A stretch of 64,000 nt of DNA from the human T2T-CHM13v2.0 reference genome, Homo sapiens. The stretch lies in assembly GCF_009914755.1 (NCBI RefSeq), contig NC_060936.1. The stretch is one strand, 5' to 3'. The position numbers and the translations under genes were made by a program. Below are positions 1 to 14,218 of this stretch, in pieces (the first letter of the stretch is position 1; every line of letters begins with the position of its first letter). Below the pieces are notes generated by a model. It did not search any database. It saw only the letters and a program-made list of their open reading frames with translations, and was not told where the DNA came from.

Positions 1-1316
1 CCCTTCAGAGCCAAAGCACACATTCCAGGACTGCCAAGCTGAGCCATGGTCCCCTAAAATCTTCTAGAAGCAAAGCCAGCTGACTGAACCCACCTTATAC
101 CACAATCAAATACCCAAGGGCATCAAAGAAGATAAAAGCAAAAAAACCCACCCAAAGGACAGCAACTACTAAGATTGAACAAACATCAGCTCACACAAAT
201 GAGAAAGAGCCAGCACAAGAATTGTGGCAACTTAAAAAGCTGGATTGTCTTCCTACCTCCAAATGGCCACACTAGTTCACCAGCAGTGGTTCTTAATCAG
301 GCTGAAGTTGCTGAAGTGACTGAAATGACAGGCACAGAATTCGGAATATAGATAGGAATGAAGATCACTGAGATTCAGGAGAAAGTTGAAACCCAATCTA
401 AGGAAAACAATAAAATGATACAGGAGAGGAAAGATGAAATGGCCATTATAAGAAAGAACCAAACTAATTTAACAGAGCTGAAAATCTCACTTCAAGAACT
501 TACAATACAATCACAAGTATTAACAGCAGAATAAACCAAGCTGAAGAAAGAATCTCAAAGCTCACAGACAGGTTCTCCAAAATAACTCAGACAGACAAAC
601 ATAAAGAAAAAGAATAAAAATGAATGAACAAAACCTTTGGGAAATATAGGATTACGAAAAAAAACAAATTCTATAACTCATTTGCATTCCTGAAAGAGAG
701 AGAGAGAAAGAAAGAAAGCAACTTGGAAAAAATATTTGAGGACATGGTCCGTGAAAATTTATTGAACCTTGCTTGAGAGGCTAATATTCAAATTCAGGAA
801 ATGCAAAGAACCTTGTGAGATACTATACAAGACAATCATCCCCAGGACACATAGTCGTCAGGTTCTCCAAGGTCAAAATGAAGTAAAACATGTTAAAGAC
901 AGCTAGAGAGAAGGGGCAGCTCACCTACAAAGGGAAGGTCATCAGGTAACAGCAGACCTTTCAGCAGAAACCCTGCAAGCCAGAAGAGATTAGGGCCCTA
1001 TATGAAGAATTCTTAATGAAAAGAAATTCCAACCAAGAATTTCATATCCAAGCAAGCTAAGCTTCATAAGTGAAGAAGAAATAAGATTTTTTTTTCAAAC
1101 AAGCATATGTAAGGGAATTTATTACCACCAGACATGCCTTAGAAGAAGTCCTTAAGGGAGTGCTAAATATGAAAGGAATGACTGTTACTGGCCTCACAAA
1201 AACACACTTTAGTACATAGACCATTGACACTATAAAGTAACTACAAATCAAGTCTGCATAATAATCAGCTAACAACATGATGACACGATCAAAACCCACA
1301 TATAAATATGAACTTT
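1..1316 (+). mobile_element. L1PA16-like LINE-1, part 1 (end of 5'UTR, decayed ORF1, start of ORF2)
   Basis: ORF1 start ATGAGAAAGAGCCAGCACAAGAA at 199 resembles old L1PA elements. Sequence continues collinearly at 3721 and ends in an L1PA16-type 3' end at ~8434. Confidence 0.85.
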
Positions 1317-1320
1317 TTTT

Positions 1321-2366
1321 ATTCATCATATTTACTTTATTATTCTTTTGATGTAGACAAGGTCTATATTGATATTGTCTGTGTCTTCAGTGATATTGAC
1401 AATTTGTGTTTTCTTTTTTTTTTCCCTTGTGAGTCTTGCTAAAGATTTATTTTTTAAATCATTTTGAGGAACCAGACTTTGTTTCATTTATTTTTATTGT
1501 TTTTCTGTTTACAACCTAATTGATTTCAGTTCTGATCCTTATGATTTCCTTCCTTCTGCTTGCTTTGGGTTTATTTTGCTCTTTTTCTGAGTTCTTATGG
1601 TGGGAACTTAGGTTATTGGTCTGAGACTATTCCTCTTTTCCAATGTATGCATTTAGTACTATAAATTTTCGTCTATGTACTACTTTAGCAGTTTCCCATA
1701 AATTTTGAAATATTGTATTTTCATTTTAATTCAGTTCAATGAATTTTTATTTCCTTTCAGACTTCCTCCTTGACCTATGGATTATTTAGAAGTGTGCTAT
1801 TTAGTTTCAGTGTGTTTGTAGATTTTTCCTGTTTATTTTTCTGTTAATTGATTTCCAGTTTGATTATATTGTAGAGAACATGCTCTATAATTTCACAACT
1901 TTTAAATTTGTTAAGGTTTGTTTTACTGCCCAGAATATTGTCTCAAAATATATTCTGTTGCCATTTGAGTTCTGCTGTTGTTGGGGGAAGCGTTCTATAA
2001 ATGTCCATTAAATCTTGTTGCTTGACTGTGGTGTTGATTTTTTTCTACATCCTTGTTGATTACCTCCCTAGTTGTTCTATCAGTTGTTGGGAGAGGTTGT
2101 TGGAGTCTCCATCTCTAATTGTTGGCTTGTCTATTTTCAGTGTTAGTTCTACCAATTTAAATTTGACATATTTTCAAGCTCTGTTGTTTGCTGCATAAAC
2201 ATTTAGAATCACTATGCCTTCTTCGTTGTTCAATCTGCTTATCATTATGTAATGCCCCTCTCTGATTATGGTGATTTTCTTTGCTATGAAATCTAGCTTA
2301 TCTGATATTCATATAGCTAATCCTGATTTTTAAAATTAATTTTTATGATATATATAGTTCTATACA
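1321..2366 (-). mobile_element. Old L1M ORF2 (endonuclease-region) fragment, probably carried here as a 3' transduction
   Basis: Reverse strand reads as highly decayed L1 ORF2 5' region. It lies between the tail of an L1PA 3' end (2367) and a T run (1314-1320), with AATAAA on the minus strand at 1336-1341. Confidence 0.75.
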
Positions 2367-2825
2367 TTTTTAAAATTATACTTTAAGTTCTAGGGTACAT
2401 ATGCACAACGTGCAGGTTTGTTACATATGTATACATGTGCCATGTTGGTGTGCTGCACCCATTAACTCGTCATTTACATTAGGTATATCTCCTAATGCTA
2501 TTCCTTCCCCCTCCCCCCACCCCACGACAGGCCCTGGTGTCTGATGTTCCCCTTCCTGTGTCCAAGTGTTCTCATTGTTCAATTCCCACCTGTAAGTGAG
2601 AACATGCAGTGTTTGGTTTTTTGTCTCTGCGATAGTTTGCTGAGAATGATGGTTTCCAGCTTCATCCATGTCCCTACAAAGGACATTTACTCATCCTTTT
2701 TTATGGCTGCATAGTGTTCCATGGTGCATATGTGCCACATTTTCTTAATCCAGCCTATCATTGATGGATGTTTGGGTTGGTTCCAAGTCTTTGCTATTGT
2801 GAATAGTGCCACAATAAACACACGT
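2367..2825 (-). mobile_element. L1PA5-like 3' end (non-inverted part of a twin-primed insertion)
   Basis: TTATACTTTAAGTTCTAGGGTACAT...CATTTACATTAGGTATATCTCC...CACGACAGGCCC matches the L1PA4-6 3'UTR in antisense. Confidence 0.9.
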
Positions 2826-3720
2826 ATAGACCAATGGAACAGAACAGAGCCCTCAGAAATAATACCACACATCTACAACCATCTGATCTTTGACAAACCT
2901 GACAAAAATAAGAAATGGCAAAAGGATTCCCTATTTAATAAATGGTGCTGGGAAAACTGGCTAGCCATATATAGAAATCTGAAACTTGATCCCTTCCTTA
3001 CACCTTATACAAAAATTAATTCAAGATGGATTAAAGACTTAAATGTTAGACCTAAAACCATAAAAACCCTAGAAGAAAGCCTAGGCAATACTGTTCAGGA
3101 CATAGGCATGGGCAAGGACTTCATGTCTAAAATACCAAAAACAATGGCAACAAAAGCCAAAATTGACGAATGGGATCTAATTAAACTAAAGAGCTTCTGC
3201 ACAGGAAAAGAAATGACCATCAGAGTGAACAGGCAACCTACAGAATGGGAGAAAATTTTTGCAATTTACTCATCTGACAAAAGGCTAATATCCAGAATCT
3301 ACAAAGAACTCAAACAAATTTACAAAAAGAAAACAGACAACCCCATCAAAAAGTGGGTGAAGTATATGAACAGACACTTCTCAAAAGAAGACATTTATGC
3401 AACCAACAGACACATGAAAAAATGCTCATCATCACTGGCCATCAGAGAAATGCAAATCAAAACCACAATCAGATACCATCTCACACCTGTTAGAATGGCA
3501 ATCATTAAAAAGTCAGGAAACAGCAGGTGCTAGAGAGGATGTGGAGAAATAGGAATATTTTACACTGTTGGTGGGACTGTAAACTGGTTCAACCATTGTG
3601 GAAGACAGTGTGGTGATTCCTCAAGGATCTAGAACTAGAAATACCATTTGACCCAGCCATCCCATTACTGGGTATATACCCAAAGGATTATAAATCATGC
3701 TGCTAGAAAGACACACGCTC
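2826..3720 (+). mobile_element. Inverted segment of the same L1PA insertion (ORF2 C-terminal region)
   Basis: Translates to IDQWNRTE...[12 protein letters not shown]...HMKKCSSSL...[10 protein letters not shown] (L1 ORF2p C-terminus). It ends at about the L1 position where the antisense piece begins. Confidence 0.92.
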
Positions 3721-6439
3721 AATATGAACTTTGAATGTAAATGAGATAAAATTGAAAGGCACAGAGTGGAAAGTTGGATAAAGAAGCAAGACCCAAATGT
3801 ATACTGTCTTCAAGAGACCCATCTCACATGCAATGACATGCAGAGACTCAAACTAAAAGAATGGAGAAAAATTGACTGAGCAAACAGAAAACAAAAAAGC
3901 AGGGGTTGCTGTTCTAAGTTTAGACAAAACAGACTTTAAACCAACAATGATCAAAAAAGATGAAGAAGGGCATTACATACATAATAGTAAAGGGTTCAAT
4001 TCAACAAGAAAACCTAACTATCCTAAACACATACATACCCAAGACAAGCATACCCAGATTTATAAGATAATTTCTTAGAGACCTACAAAGAGACTTAGAT
4101 AATTACACAATCATAATGGGAGACTTCAACACCCCACTGATGGTATTAGACGGATCATTGAGGCAGAAAACTAACAAAGATATTCAGGACCTGAACTTGA
4201 CACTTGACCAAGTAGACCTAACAGATATCTATAGACTCTTTATCCCAAAATAACAAAATATATATTCTTCTCACCTGCACATGGCACGTACTCTAAAACT
4301 GACAACACATTTGACCATAACACAATTATCTGCAAATGCAAAAAAACCCAAATCATACCAACCACACTGATGGACCACAGCACAATAAAAATAAAAATCA
4401 ATACTAAGAAGATCACTCAAAATCACATAATAAACATGGACATTAAACAACCTGCTCCTGAATGACTTTTGGGTAAGCAAAAAAATTAAGGCAGAAATCA
4501 AGAAATTTTAAATTAATGAGAACAAATTACAATATACCAGAATTTTTGGGACATAGCCAAAGCAGCGTTAAGAGGAAAGTTTGCAATGCTAAACTCTAAC
4601 ATGAAAAGTTAGAAAGATCTCAAGTTAACAACCTAACATCACACCTAGAAAAACTAGAAAAGTAAGATCAAACTAAAGCCAAAGCTAGCAGAAGACAAGA
4701 AATAGCCAAAATCAGAGCTGAACTAAATGAAATTAAGATGCAAAAAACCATACACAAGATCAACAAATCCAGGAGGTGTTGGTTTTTTGAAAGAGTAAAT
4801 AAGATTGATAGAATACTAGCTAGACTAATAAAGGAAAAGAGAGAAGATCCAAATAAACACAATCAGAAGTGACAAATAGGACATTACCACCAACCCCACA
4901 GAAATACAAAAAACCCTCAGAGACTTATGAACACCTCTATGCATACAAACTAGAAAACCTAATGAAATTGATAAATTCATGAACATATACAACCTCCCAA
5001 GATAGAACCAGGAAGAAATTGAAACCCCAAACAGACAAATAATGAGTTCCAAAATTAAATCAGCAGCAAAAATCTTGCCAACCAGAAAAAGCCTCAGACC
5101 AGATGAATTCACAGATGAATTCTACCAGATATTTAAACAAGAGCTGGTACCATTCCTACTAAAACTTTTCCAAAAAGTTGAAAAGGAGGGACTCCTCCCT
5201 AATTCATTCTATGAGGCCAGCATCATTCTGACACCAAAACCTGGTGGAGGCACAACAAAAAAAGAAAACTTTAGGCAAATATCCTTGATGAACATAGATG
5301 CAAAAATCCTCAACAAAATACTAACAAACCAAATCTAGCAGCATATGAAAAACTAATCCACCATGATTAAGTAGGCTTTATCCCTGGGATATAAGGTTGG
5401 TTCAACATATACAGATCAGTAAATGTGATTCATCACATAAACAGAACTAAAACCAAACAACACATGATCATCTCAATAGGTGTAGAAAAAGCTTTCGATA
5501 AAATTCAACATCTCTTCATGTTAAAAACCCGCAAAAAACTATGCATTGAAGGAAGATATCTCTAAATAGTAAGAGCCATCTATGACAAACCTACAGCCAA
5601 ATGGGCAAAGACTGGAAGTATTTCTTTAGAAAACCAGAACAAGACAAGGATATTCTCTCTTAACACTCCTATTCAAGATAGTACTGGAAGTTCTAATCAG
5701 AGCAATCAGGCACAAGAAAAAAGTAAAAAGCATCCGAATAGGAAGAGAAGAAGTCAAACTATCTGTTTGCAGATGATGTGATTCTGTACCTAGAAAAACC
5801 CATATTCTCTGTGAAATGCTCCTAGATCTGATAAACAACTTCAGCAAAATTTCAGCATACAAATCAATGTATGAAAATTGGTAGTATTTGTATACACCAA
5901 CAACATCCAAGCTGACAGCCAAATCAAAAATGTGATCACATTCACAAAAACCACAAAAAGAATAAAATACCTAGGAATATAGGTAACCAGAGAGGTGAAA
6001 CATGTCTACAATGAGAATTACAAAACACTCCTGAAAGAAATCAGAGATGATACAAACAAATGAAAAAACATTACACGATTACAGATAGTAAGAATCAATA
6101 TTGTTAACGTGGCCATGCTCCCCAAAGCAGTTTACAGAATCAATGTTATTCCTATCAAATTACCAATGATATTCTTCATAGAATTAGAAAAAAATATTTA
6201 AAATTTATATGGAACCAAGAAAAAGTACAAATAGCCAAAGTAATCCAAGCCAAAACAAAAACAAAAACAAAAACAAACCTGGAAGCACCAGATTACGTGA
6301 CTTCAAATACTACAAGTCTTCAGTAAGCAAAACAGCATGGTAGTGGTACAAAAACAGACAGCTAGACCAATGGAACAGAATAGAGAGCCCAGAAATAAAG
6401 CCACACACCTGCAGCCATCTTATCTTCAACAAAGTCGAC

Positions 6440-6794
6440 TGATATGGTTTGGCTGTGTCCCCCCAAAAATCTCCCCTTTAATTGTAATAAACCCCATTTG
6501 TCAAGGGTGGGGCCAGGTGGAGATAATTGAATCGTGGGAGTGGTTTCCCCCATACTGTTCTTGTGGTAGTAAATAAGTCTCATGAGCTCTGATGCATTTA
6601 TAAATGGGAGTTCCCCTGCACAAGCTCTCTTGCCTTCTGCCAAGTAAGATATGTCTTTCTTCCCCTTCACTTTCCACCAGGATTGTGAGGCCTCCCCTGC
6701 CATGTGGAACTGTGAGTCAATTAAATCTCTTTCCTTTATAAATTACCCAGTCTCTGGTGTGTCTTTATTAGCAGTGTAAGAACAGACTAGTACA
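6440..6794 (+). mobile_element. THE1 (THE1B-like) MaLR solo LTR
   Basis: TGATATGGTTTGGCTGTGTCCCC...AAATTACCCAGTCTC...AACAGACTAGTACA. Degenerate 5-bp TSD (TCGAC/CAGAC); the host L1 resumes in register. Confidence 0.92.
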
Positions 6795-7972
6795 CAGACA
6801 AAAACAAGCAGTGGGGAAAGGACTCCCTATTCAATAAATGTTGCTGAGCTAACCGGCTACCCATATGCAGAAGATTGAAACTGGACCCCTTCCTTACACC
6901 ATATATAAAAACCAACTCAAGATTGATTAAAGACTTAAATAAGAAACCTAAAACTGTAAAAACCCTGGAGATAACCTAGGAAATACTATTCTGAAAATAG
7001 GAACTGGCAAAGATTTCACGATGAAGATGCCAAAAGCAATTGCAACAACAGCAACAACGAATTGACATATGGGACCTAATAAAACTAAAGAGCTTCTGCA
7101 CAGCGAAAGAAACTATCAACAAAGTAAACAGACAAACTACAGAATGGGAGAAAAATTTTGCAAACTATGCATCTGACAAAGGACTAATATCCAGCATCTG
7201 TAAGGAACTTAAACAAATTAACAAGCAAACAACAAATGACCCCATAAAAAAGTGGGCAAAGGATGTAAACAGACACTTTTCAAAAAAAAAAACAAAAGCA
7301 TACATGTGGCCAACAAGCACATGAAAAAATACTCAATATCACTAATCATTAAAGAAATGTGAATCAAAACCACAAGGAGATACCATCTTACACAAGGCAG
7401 AATGACTATTATTAAAAAGTCATAAAATAACAGATGCTGGTGAGGTTTCAGGTAAAAGGGAATGCTTATACCTGGCTGGTGGAAATGTAAATTAGTTTAG
7501 CTATTGTGGAAAGTAATTAGGGATTTCTCAAAGAACTTAAAACAGAACTATCATTCACCCAGCAATCCCATTACTGGGTATATACCTAAAGGAATATAAA
7601 TATTTCTACCATAAAGAGACCTGTATGTGTATGTTAATCACAGCACTATTCACAATAGCAAAGGCATGGAATCAACCTAAATGCCCATGAATGGCAGGCC
7701 GGATAAATAAAATGTAGTACATATACACCAGGGAATACTATGCAGCCATAAAAATAATAAGATCATGTACATTGCAGCAACATGGACAGAGCCGGAGATC
7801 ATTAACTTAACCAAACTAACACAGGAACAGAAAGCCAAATACCACGTACTCTCACTTATAAGTGTAAGGTAAACATTGAGTACACATGGACACAGAGGAG
7901 GGAAAAACAGATACCAGGGCCTACTTGAGGGTGGAGACTGGGAGGGGGTGAGAATTGAAAAACTACCTATCA

Positions 7973-8303
<331 letters not shown>

Positions 8304-8434
8304 CTACCTATCAGGTACTACGCTTATTACCTGGGTGATGAAATAGTCTGTACATCAAACCCCTATGAACACAATTTACCTATATAACAAACCTGCACAT
8401 GTACCCATGAACCTAAAATAAAAGTTAAAAAAAA

Positions 8435-8880
8435 TGAAACACGACATATCAAAATCTGGGAGATGCTGCTTCAGCAGTATTAAGAGGGAAATTTATACTT
8501 TAAATATGCGTGTTAGAAAAGAAGTGAGCCACAAAACTAGAAAATCAACAAATTAAATGCAAAGTTAGTAGAAGGAAGCACATAAAAAATAAAATTTCAA
8601 AAATCAATATAAAAGATGCACAATAGAAAAAAAGAATAAAAATGTTCCTTTATAATATCAACAAAGCTGAAAAATACCTAAGCAGGTTAATCGAGAAAAT
8701 AGAGAAACAGATTACCAATATCAGAAATGAAATAGGGATCATCACTGCATATCCTATAGACAGGGTATGTTAAGGAATATCAGGAAGAGATTTATGCCTG
8801 TCAATTTGAAAACTTAGTTGAAATGGACAATCTCTTTGGAAGGCACAAATTACCATAATTAAATTAAGAAGAGTTGGAAG
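8435..8880 (+). mobile_element. Old L1M ORF2 fragment (host of the L1PA16 insertion)
   Basis: Decayed ACATATCAAAATCTGGGAGATGC...AGAGGGAAATTTATA and GAAATGGACAA...CACAAATTACCA motifs of L1 ORF2. Confidence 0.7.
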
Positions 8881-8884
8881 GTTA

Positions 8885-9987
<1,103 letters not shown>

Positions 9988-11248
9988 TGTTATTTTTTTA
10001 ATTATCACCATCCTAGTGAGTGTGAAGTAGTATTGCATTGTGGTTTTTATCTATTTCTCACTAAAAACTAATGCTGCTGAGCATTTTTTCAAGCATCTGT
10101 TGGCTATTTGAATATCTTCTTTGTAGTAATGTATATTCAAATACTTTGCTCATTTTTAATTGGATTGTCTTGTTATTGTTCAGTTGTAACAATACCTTTT
10201 ATGCCCTGGATATGAACATGTATATACTATTTGCAAATGTTTTCTCCCATTATGTGGGTTTCTCTTCACTTTCTTGTGTGAGTTTCTCTTCAATTTCTAA
10301 AACCCATTATGTGGGTTTCTCTTCACTTTCTTGAGAGCATTTTGGGGGCACAAAAGTTTTGATTCTGATGAAGTCAAATTCACATATTTTTTTCTCTGTT
10401 TACACCTATTGCGTTTAGTGTCATACATAAGAAACCATTGCCTAAGCCAAAATCATGAAGATTTGTACTTCTGTTTTATTATAAAGATTGTATAGGTTTA
10501 GCTTTTATATTTAGGTCTTTGATGCACTTTGAGTCAATTTTTTAATATTATGCAAAAGAGGAGTCCAATTTTATTTCTTTCATGTGGATAATCAGTTCTC
10601 CCAACAATATTTGTTTGAAAGACTTTTCTTTTCCTGTTGAATGCTCTTGGCACACTTATTGATATATAATTTATTTTTGAACTTTCAATTACATTTATTA
10701 TTTATCTATCCTTATGCTAGCAAAACACACTTGATTATTGTAGCTTTTGAGCAGCATTTGAAATTCAGAAGTGTGAGTATTCCAAGTTCGTTTTCTTTTT
10801 CAGGATTGCCTGGCTATTCTGGTCCCTTACAATTCCATATAAATCTTAGGATTAATTTCCCCATTTCTATAAAAAATTCAGTTATAATTTTGATAAGATT
10901 TTGTTGAATCTCCAGATTAATTTGAGAAGTATTGCCATCTTAACAATATCAAGTCTTCTAATCCATGAACATAGATATCTTTTCATTTATTTAGGTCTTA
11001 TTTAATTTCTTTTAACAACATTTTATAGTTTTCAGTGTACAAAACTTTCCTTTCATAGTTAAATGTATTCATCAGTATTATATTGTTTTTGATGTTACTG
11101 TAAATTGAATTGTTTTTTAAAATTTTATTTCAGATTGTTTCTTGTTAGTGTATAAAATTAAAATTTGTTTTCATGTGTGTTGATCTTTTGTCCTACAAAC
11201 CTGCTGGATTAGCTTTGATAGTTTTTCTGTGGATTCTTTAGGAGTATT

Positions 11249-11261
11249 GTGTGTATACATA

Positions 11262-11297
<36 letters not shown>

Positions 11298-11308
11298 GAG
11301 AGAGAGAA
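11249..11308. repeat. Compound (TG)n(TA)n(GA)n microsatellite
   Basis: Directly visible. Confidence 0.95.
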
Positions 11309-12279
11309 AGGGTCATCCTCAAATAGAGATAGTTTTACTTCTATCTTTCCAATGTTGATGCATTTTATTTCTTTTTATTGCTTAATTTCTCTGTCTAGAC
11401 TCTTCCATTTAATGGTGAAAGGAAGTGGTGAGAGCAACATTTCCATCTTGCTTCTGACCTTATGAGAAAAGCTTTCAGTTTCTACTATTAAGTTAGATGT
11501 TAGCTGCGAGTTTTTCATAAGTGCCTGTTGTCAGGTTGAAGACTTTTCCTTCTCTTCTTAATTTGTTGCATGTTTTTATCTTGAAAGTGTGTTGGATTTT
11601 GTCAAATGCCCTTTCTTCATCCATTGAATTGACCATATGTGTTTTCCTTTATCTTAATATGGAGTAATGCATTGATTTATTTTCATATGTTGAATTAACT
11701 TTACATTCCTGAGACGAATCTCACCTGGTCATGGTGTATAAATCTTTCTATTTGCTGTTTTACTCAATTTGCTTGCATTAGCTTGAGGATTTTTGCATCT
11801 ATATTTATAAAAGATATTTATCTGTAGTTTTAATATGATGCCCTTTTTATTATTCAGGGTAATGCTGACAACATAGAATAAATTAAAAAGTGTTTTTCCC
11901 TATTCTCTTTTTGGAAGAGTTAATTCTTTTTAAAGCATTTGGTAGAATTCACCAGAGAAATGATCTGATCCTAGGCTTTTCTTTGTGGGAAGTTCTTTTG
12001 ATCACTAACTCAATCTGCTTACTTGTAATAAGCATATTCAGTTTTTTTTATTTCTTCTTTAGTCATTTCTTATAGCTTTATTTTTCTACAACTTCATCCA
12101 TTTTATATAGACATCTGATTTTTTGACATACACTTTTTCATTGCATTCCATATTTCTTCAAGCTCAGTAGTCATGTTCCCTCTTTCATTCATGATTTTAG
12201 TAATTCATGATTTTGAATAGTTTTCCACTAATGACTAATGAGATACTTTCTGCCTGGTTCTCCTATTTCTGTTCATTTC

Positions 12280-13345
12280 TTTTCAAGTCTTTTGATGGCT
12301 TCCCTTTCTCTTCCTCTTAAATAGTGGTGGTGTGCAGGACTCTTGCTAGAATGTCTTCTATTCCAATTCTATGTCATCTACTGCCATGACATAAAATAAT
12401 ACCACGCTGGCAATTCTCAATAATACATTTTTGGAAGAAATCTCTCTTCTGAGCTCTAGAGAGTATCTATAGTTAGAATCTTCATCTTAATGTGCTGAAG
12501 TTACCCCAACATGTCCCCAAAAGATACCTACTTCTCCACTCACTAAACTTGCTATGTTTGTGTTACCTAATTCAGTGAATAGTATGACCATTGATCTAAG
12601 CACCTAGGAAATAGACCTAAATTTCACATAACTTCTCACATCCTTCATTGACCAAGACCTAAAAATAATGCCTCCCTATATCTCAAAATCTTTCCCCTCT
12701 TGTTTATCCCCACCATTTTATTCTCATTCAGGCCTTCACCGTATTCACATTGATGGCTATAATAATCTATTAATTATATTTTTTGCATCCGGTTTTTTAT
12801 CTCTTCAATCCATACTCTGATCCTTAGCCACAGTGCTCTTTCTAAAACACAAGTCTGTTCAAGTTATTGATCTCCATGACTGTAAAACAAAAGTTCAACT
12901 CCTTCCTTTGTTTTCCCAACATTTCCAGTCATTTATCTTACCACATTCTATCACAATATATACTCTTACTACATAAATTTTCTTACTGAGCTATTTCATA
13001 CTTCTGTGTGTTTGCTCTTATTGTTCCCAATGTATTTCTGCCTGATTGCCTTCTTCTACATTTCCCAAAGCCTGTTTGGTAAACACATCAATTTCTGGAA
13101 GCAACACCTGCTCAGTTTTTCATCTGAGGTTAATCACTTCTTCCTTTTGGCCCACATTTTATCTTAACCTCATCTCAGTCTCCATAATGTTGTATCGAAT
13201 ATATTAATTTACATGTCTCTTTCTCCTTTCTATGTTGTAAGATGCTCAAGGGTGGGAGATGTGTATAATTCACTTTACATTCTCATCTTGGAATAACAGA
13301 TGTTTGAAATACACGTGTTGAAAGAATAGATGAACAAGTGAATGT
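12280..13345 (+). mobile_element. L2 LINE relic including the 3' end
   Basis: Pyrimidine-rich L2-like body ending GTTGTAAGATGCTCAAGGG…GTGTTGAAAGAATAGATGAA. Confidence 0.6.
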
Positions 13346-14137
13346 GGTATTGCTAGATCTCAGTCCTGTTTGACTAGCAAGTAGTGTAGCAGGATGTCAA
13401 GGGGGTTGGAAGTAAGGCATTCAAATCTGAGAAAATAAAAGGTGCAAAGGCTCAGATAAATTAATTCCATCGAGTATTGTAGAAACTTCAAGTTTAGAAA
13501 ATTGATGAAGGGAACAAAATAAATAATTACAGCATGGCCAAGTTGCTATATTGAGGGATTTGAACTTTATCTAGAGGTGATGAAGACTTGTCTCAAGGAA
13601 TTGTATCTGAGACTTCCCTAGCTCCTCCAGAATATGGCCTAGTGAGTTCCATACATCTTATACCCTAATCACTAAGTCATTCCTTTCTTTAAAAGCTATT
13701 ATTTGCATTTTCTAACGATGAAGTTCCTGAAGCAGAGAGTATTCTAAAAACATATATTATTACACTGTGGTAGAAGTAGACATCACTTGTCATTGTTAGC
13801 TGAATCCTGTGAATTAGAAGTAGATGTGGAGCTGAACATGACTGTCTTTTTTCTCTTTCTGGACACTAACTCCTCTACATATGCATATGATTTTAAAACT
13901 TCATTTCCAGCGGTTCCTTGTAAATTTACATCTTTTCCATAAGAATAGCCCAAAAACCTCAAACTCATCATCAAAAAGCTGATGTTTGACTATTAAACAT
14001 GAACTTGTACAAAATTTTGAAAATAACACTTATATAGTCACCAAACTATTTATAGCTGCCAGGACATATTATATACACAGAGATATTTTCCTTTTCTCTT
14101 TTTTTAAGTGTATTGGAAACCCTTGAACTACTCTATT

Positions 14138-14148
14138 GTCTGTCTGTG

Positions 14149-14194
<46 letters not shown>

Positions 14195-14218
14195 CCTACC
14201 TACCTACCTGTCTACCTA
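14138..14218. repeat. (TCTG)/(TCTA)n/(CCTA)n tetranucleotide STR
   Basis: Directly visible. Confidence 0.95.

Noticed and set aside
2721-3533. 270-aa ORF, the longest in the window
   Set aside because: Chimeric read-through across the L1 inversion junction: antisense L1 fused to the ORF2p C-terminus, ending at a premature TAG. Not a host gene.
14046-14055. Perfect MEF2 site CTATTTATAG (also CArG box CCTATTATGG at 31741-31750 and TATATAA at 15994)
   Set aside because: Single AT-rich motifs are expected by chance in 64 kb of AT-rich DNA.
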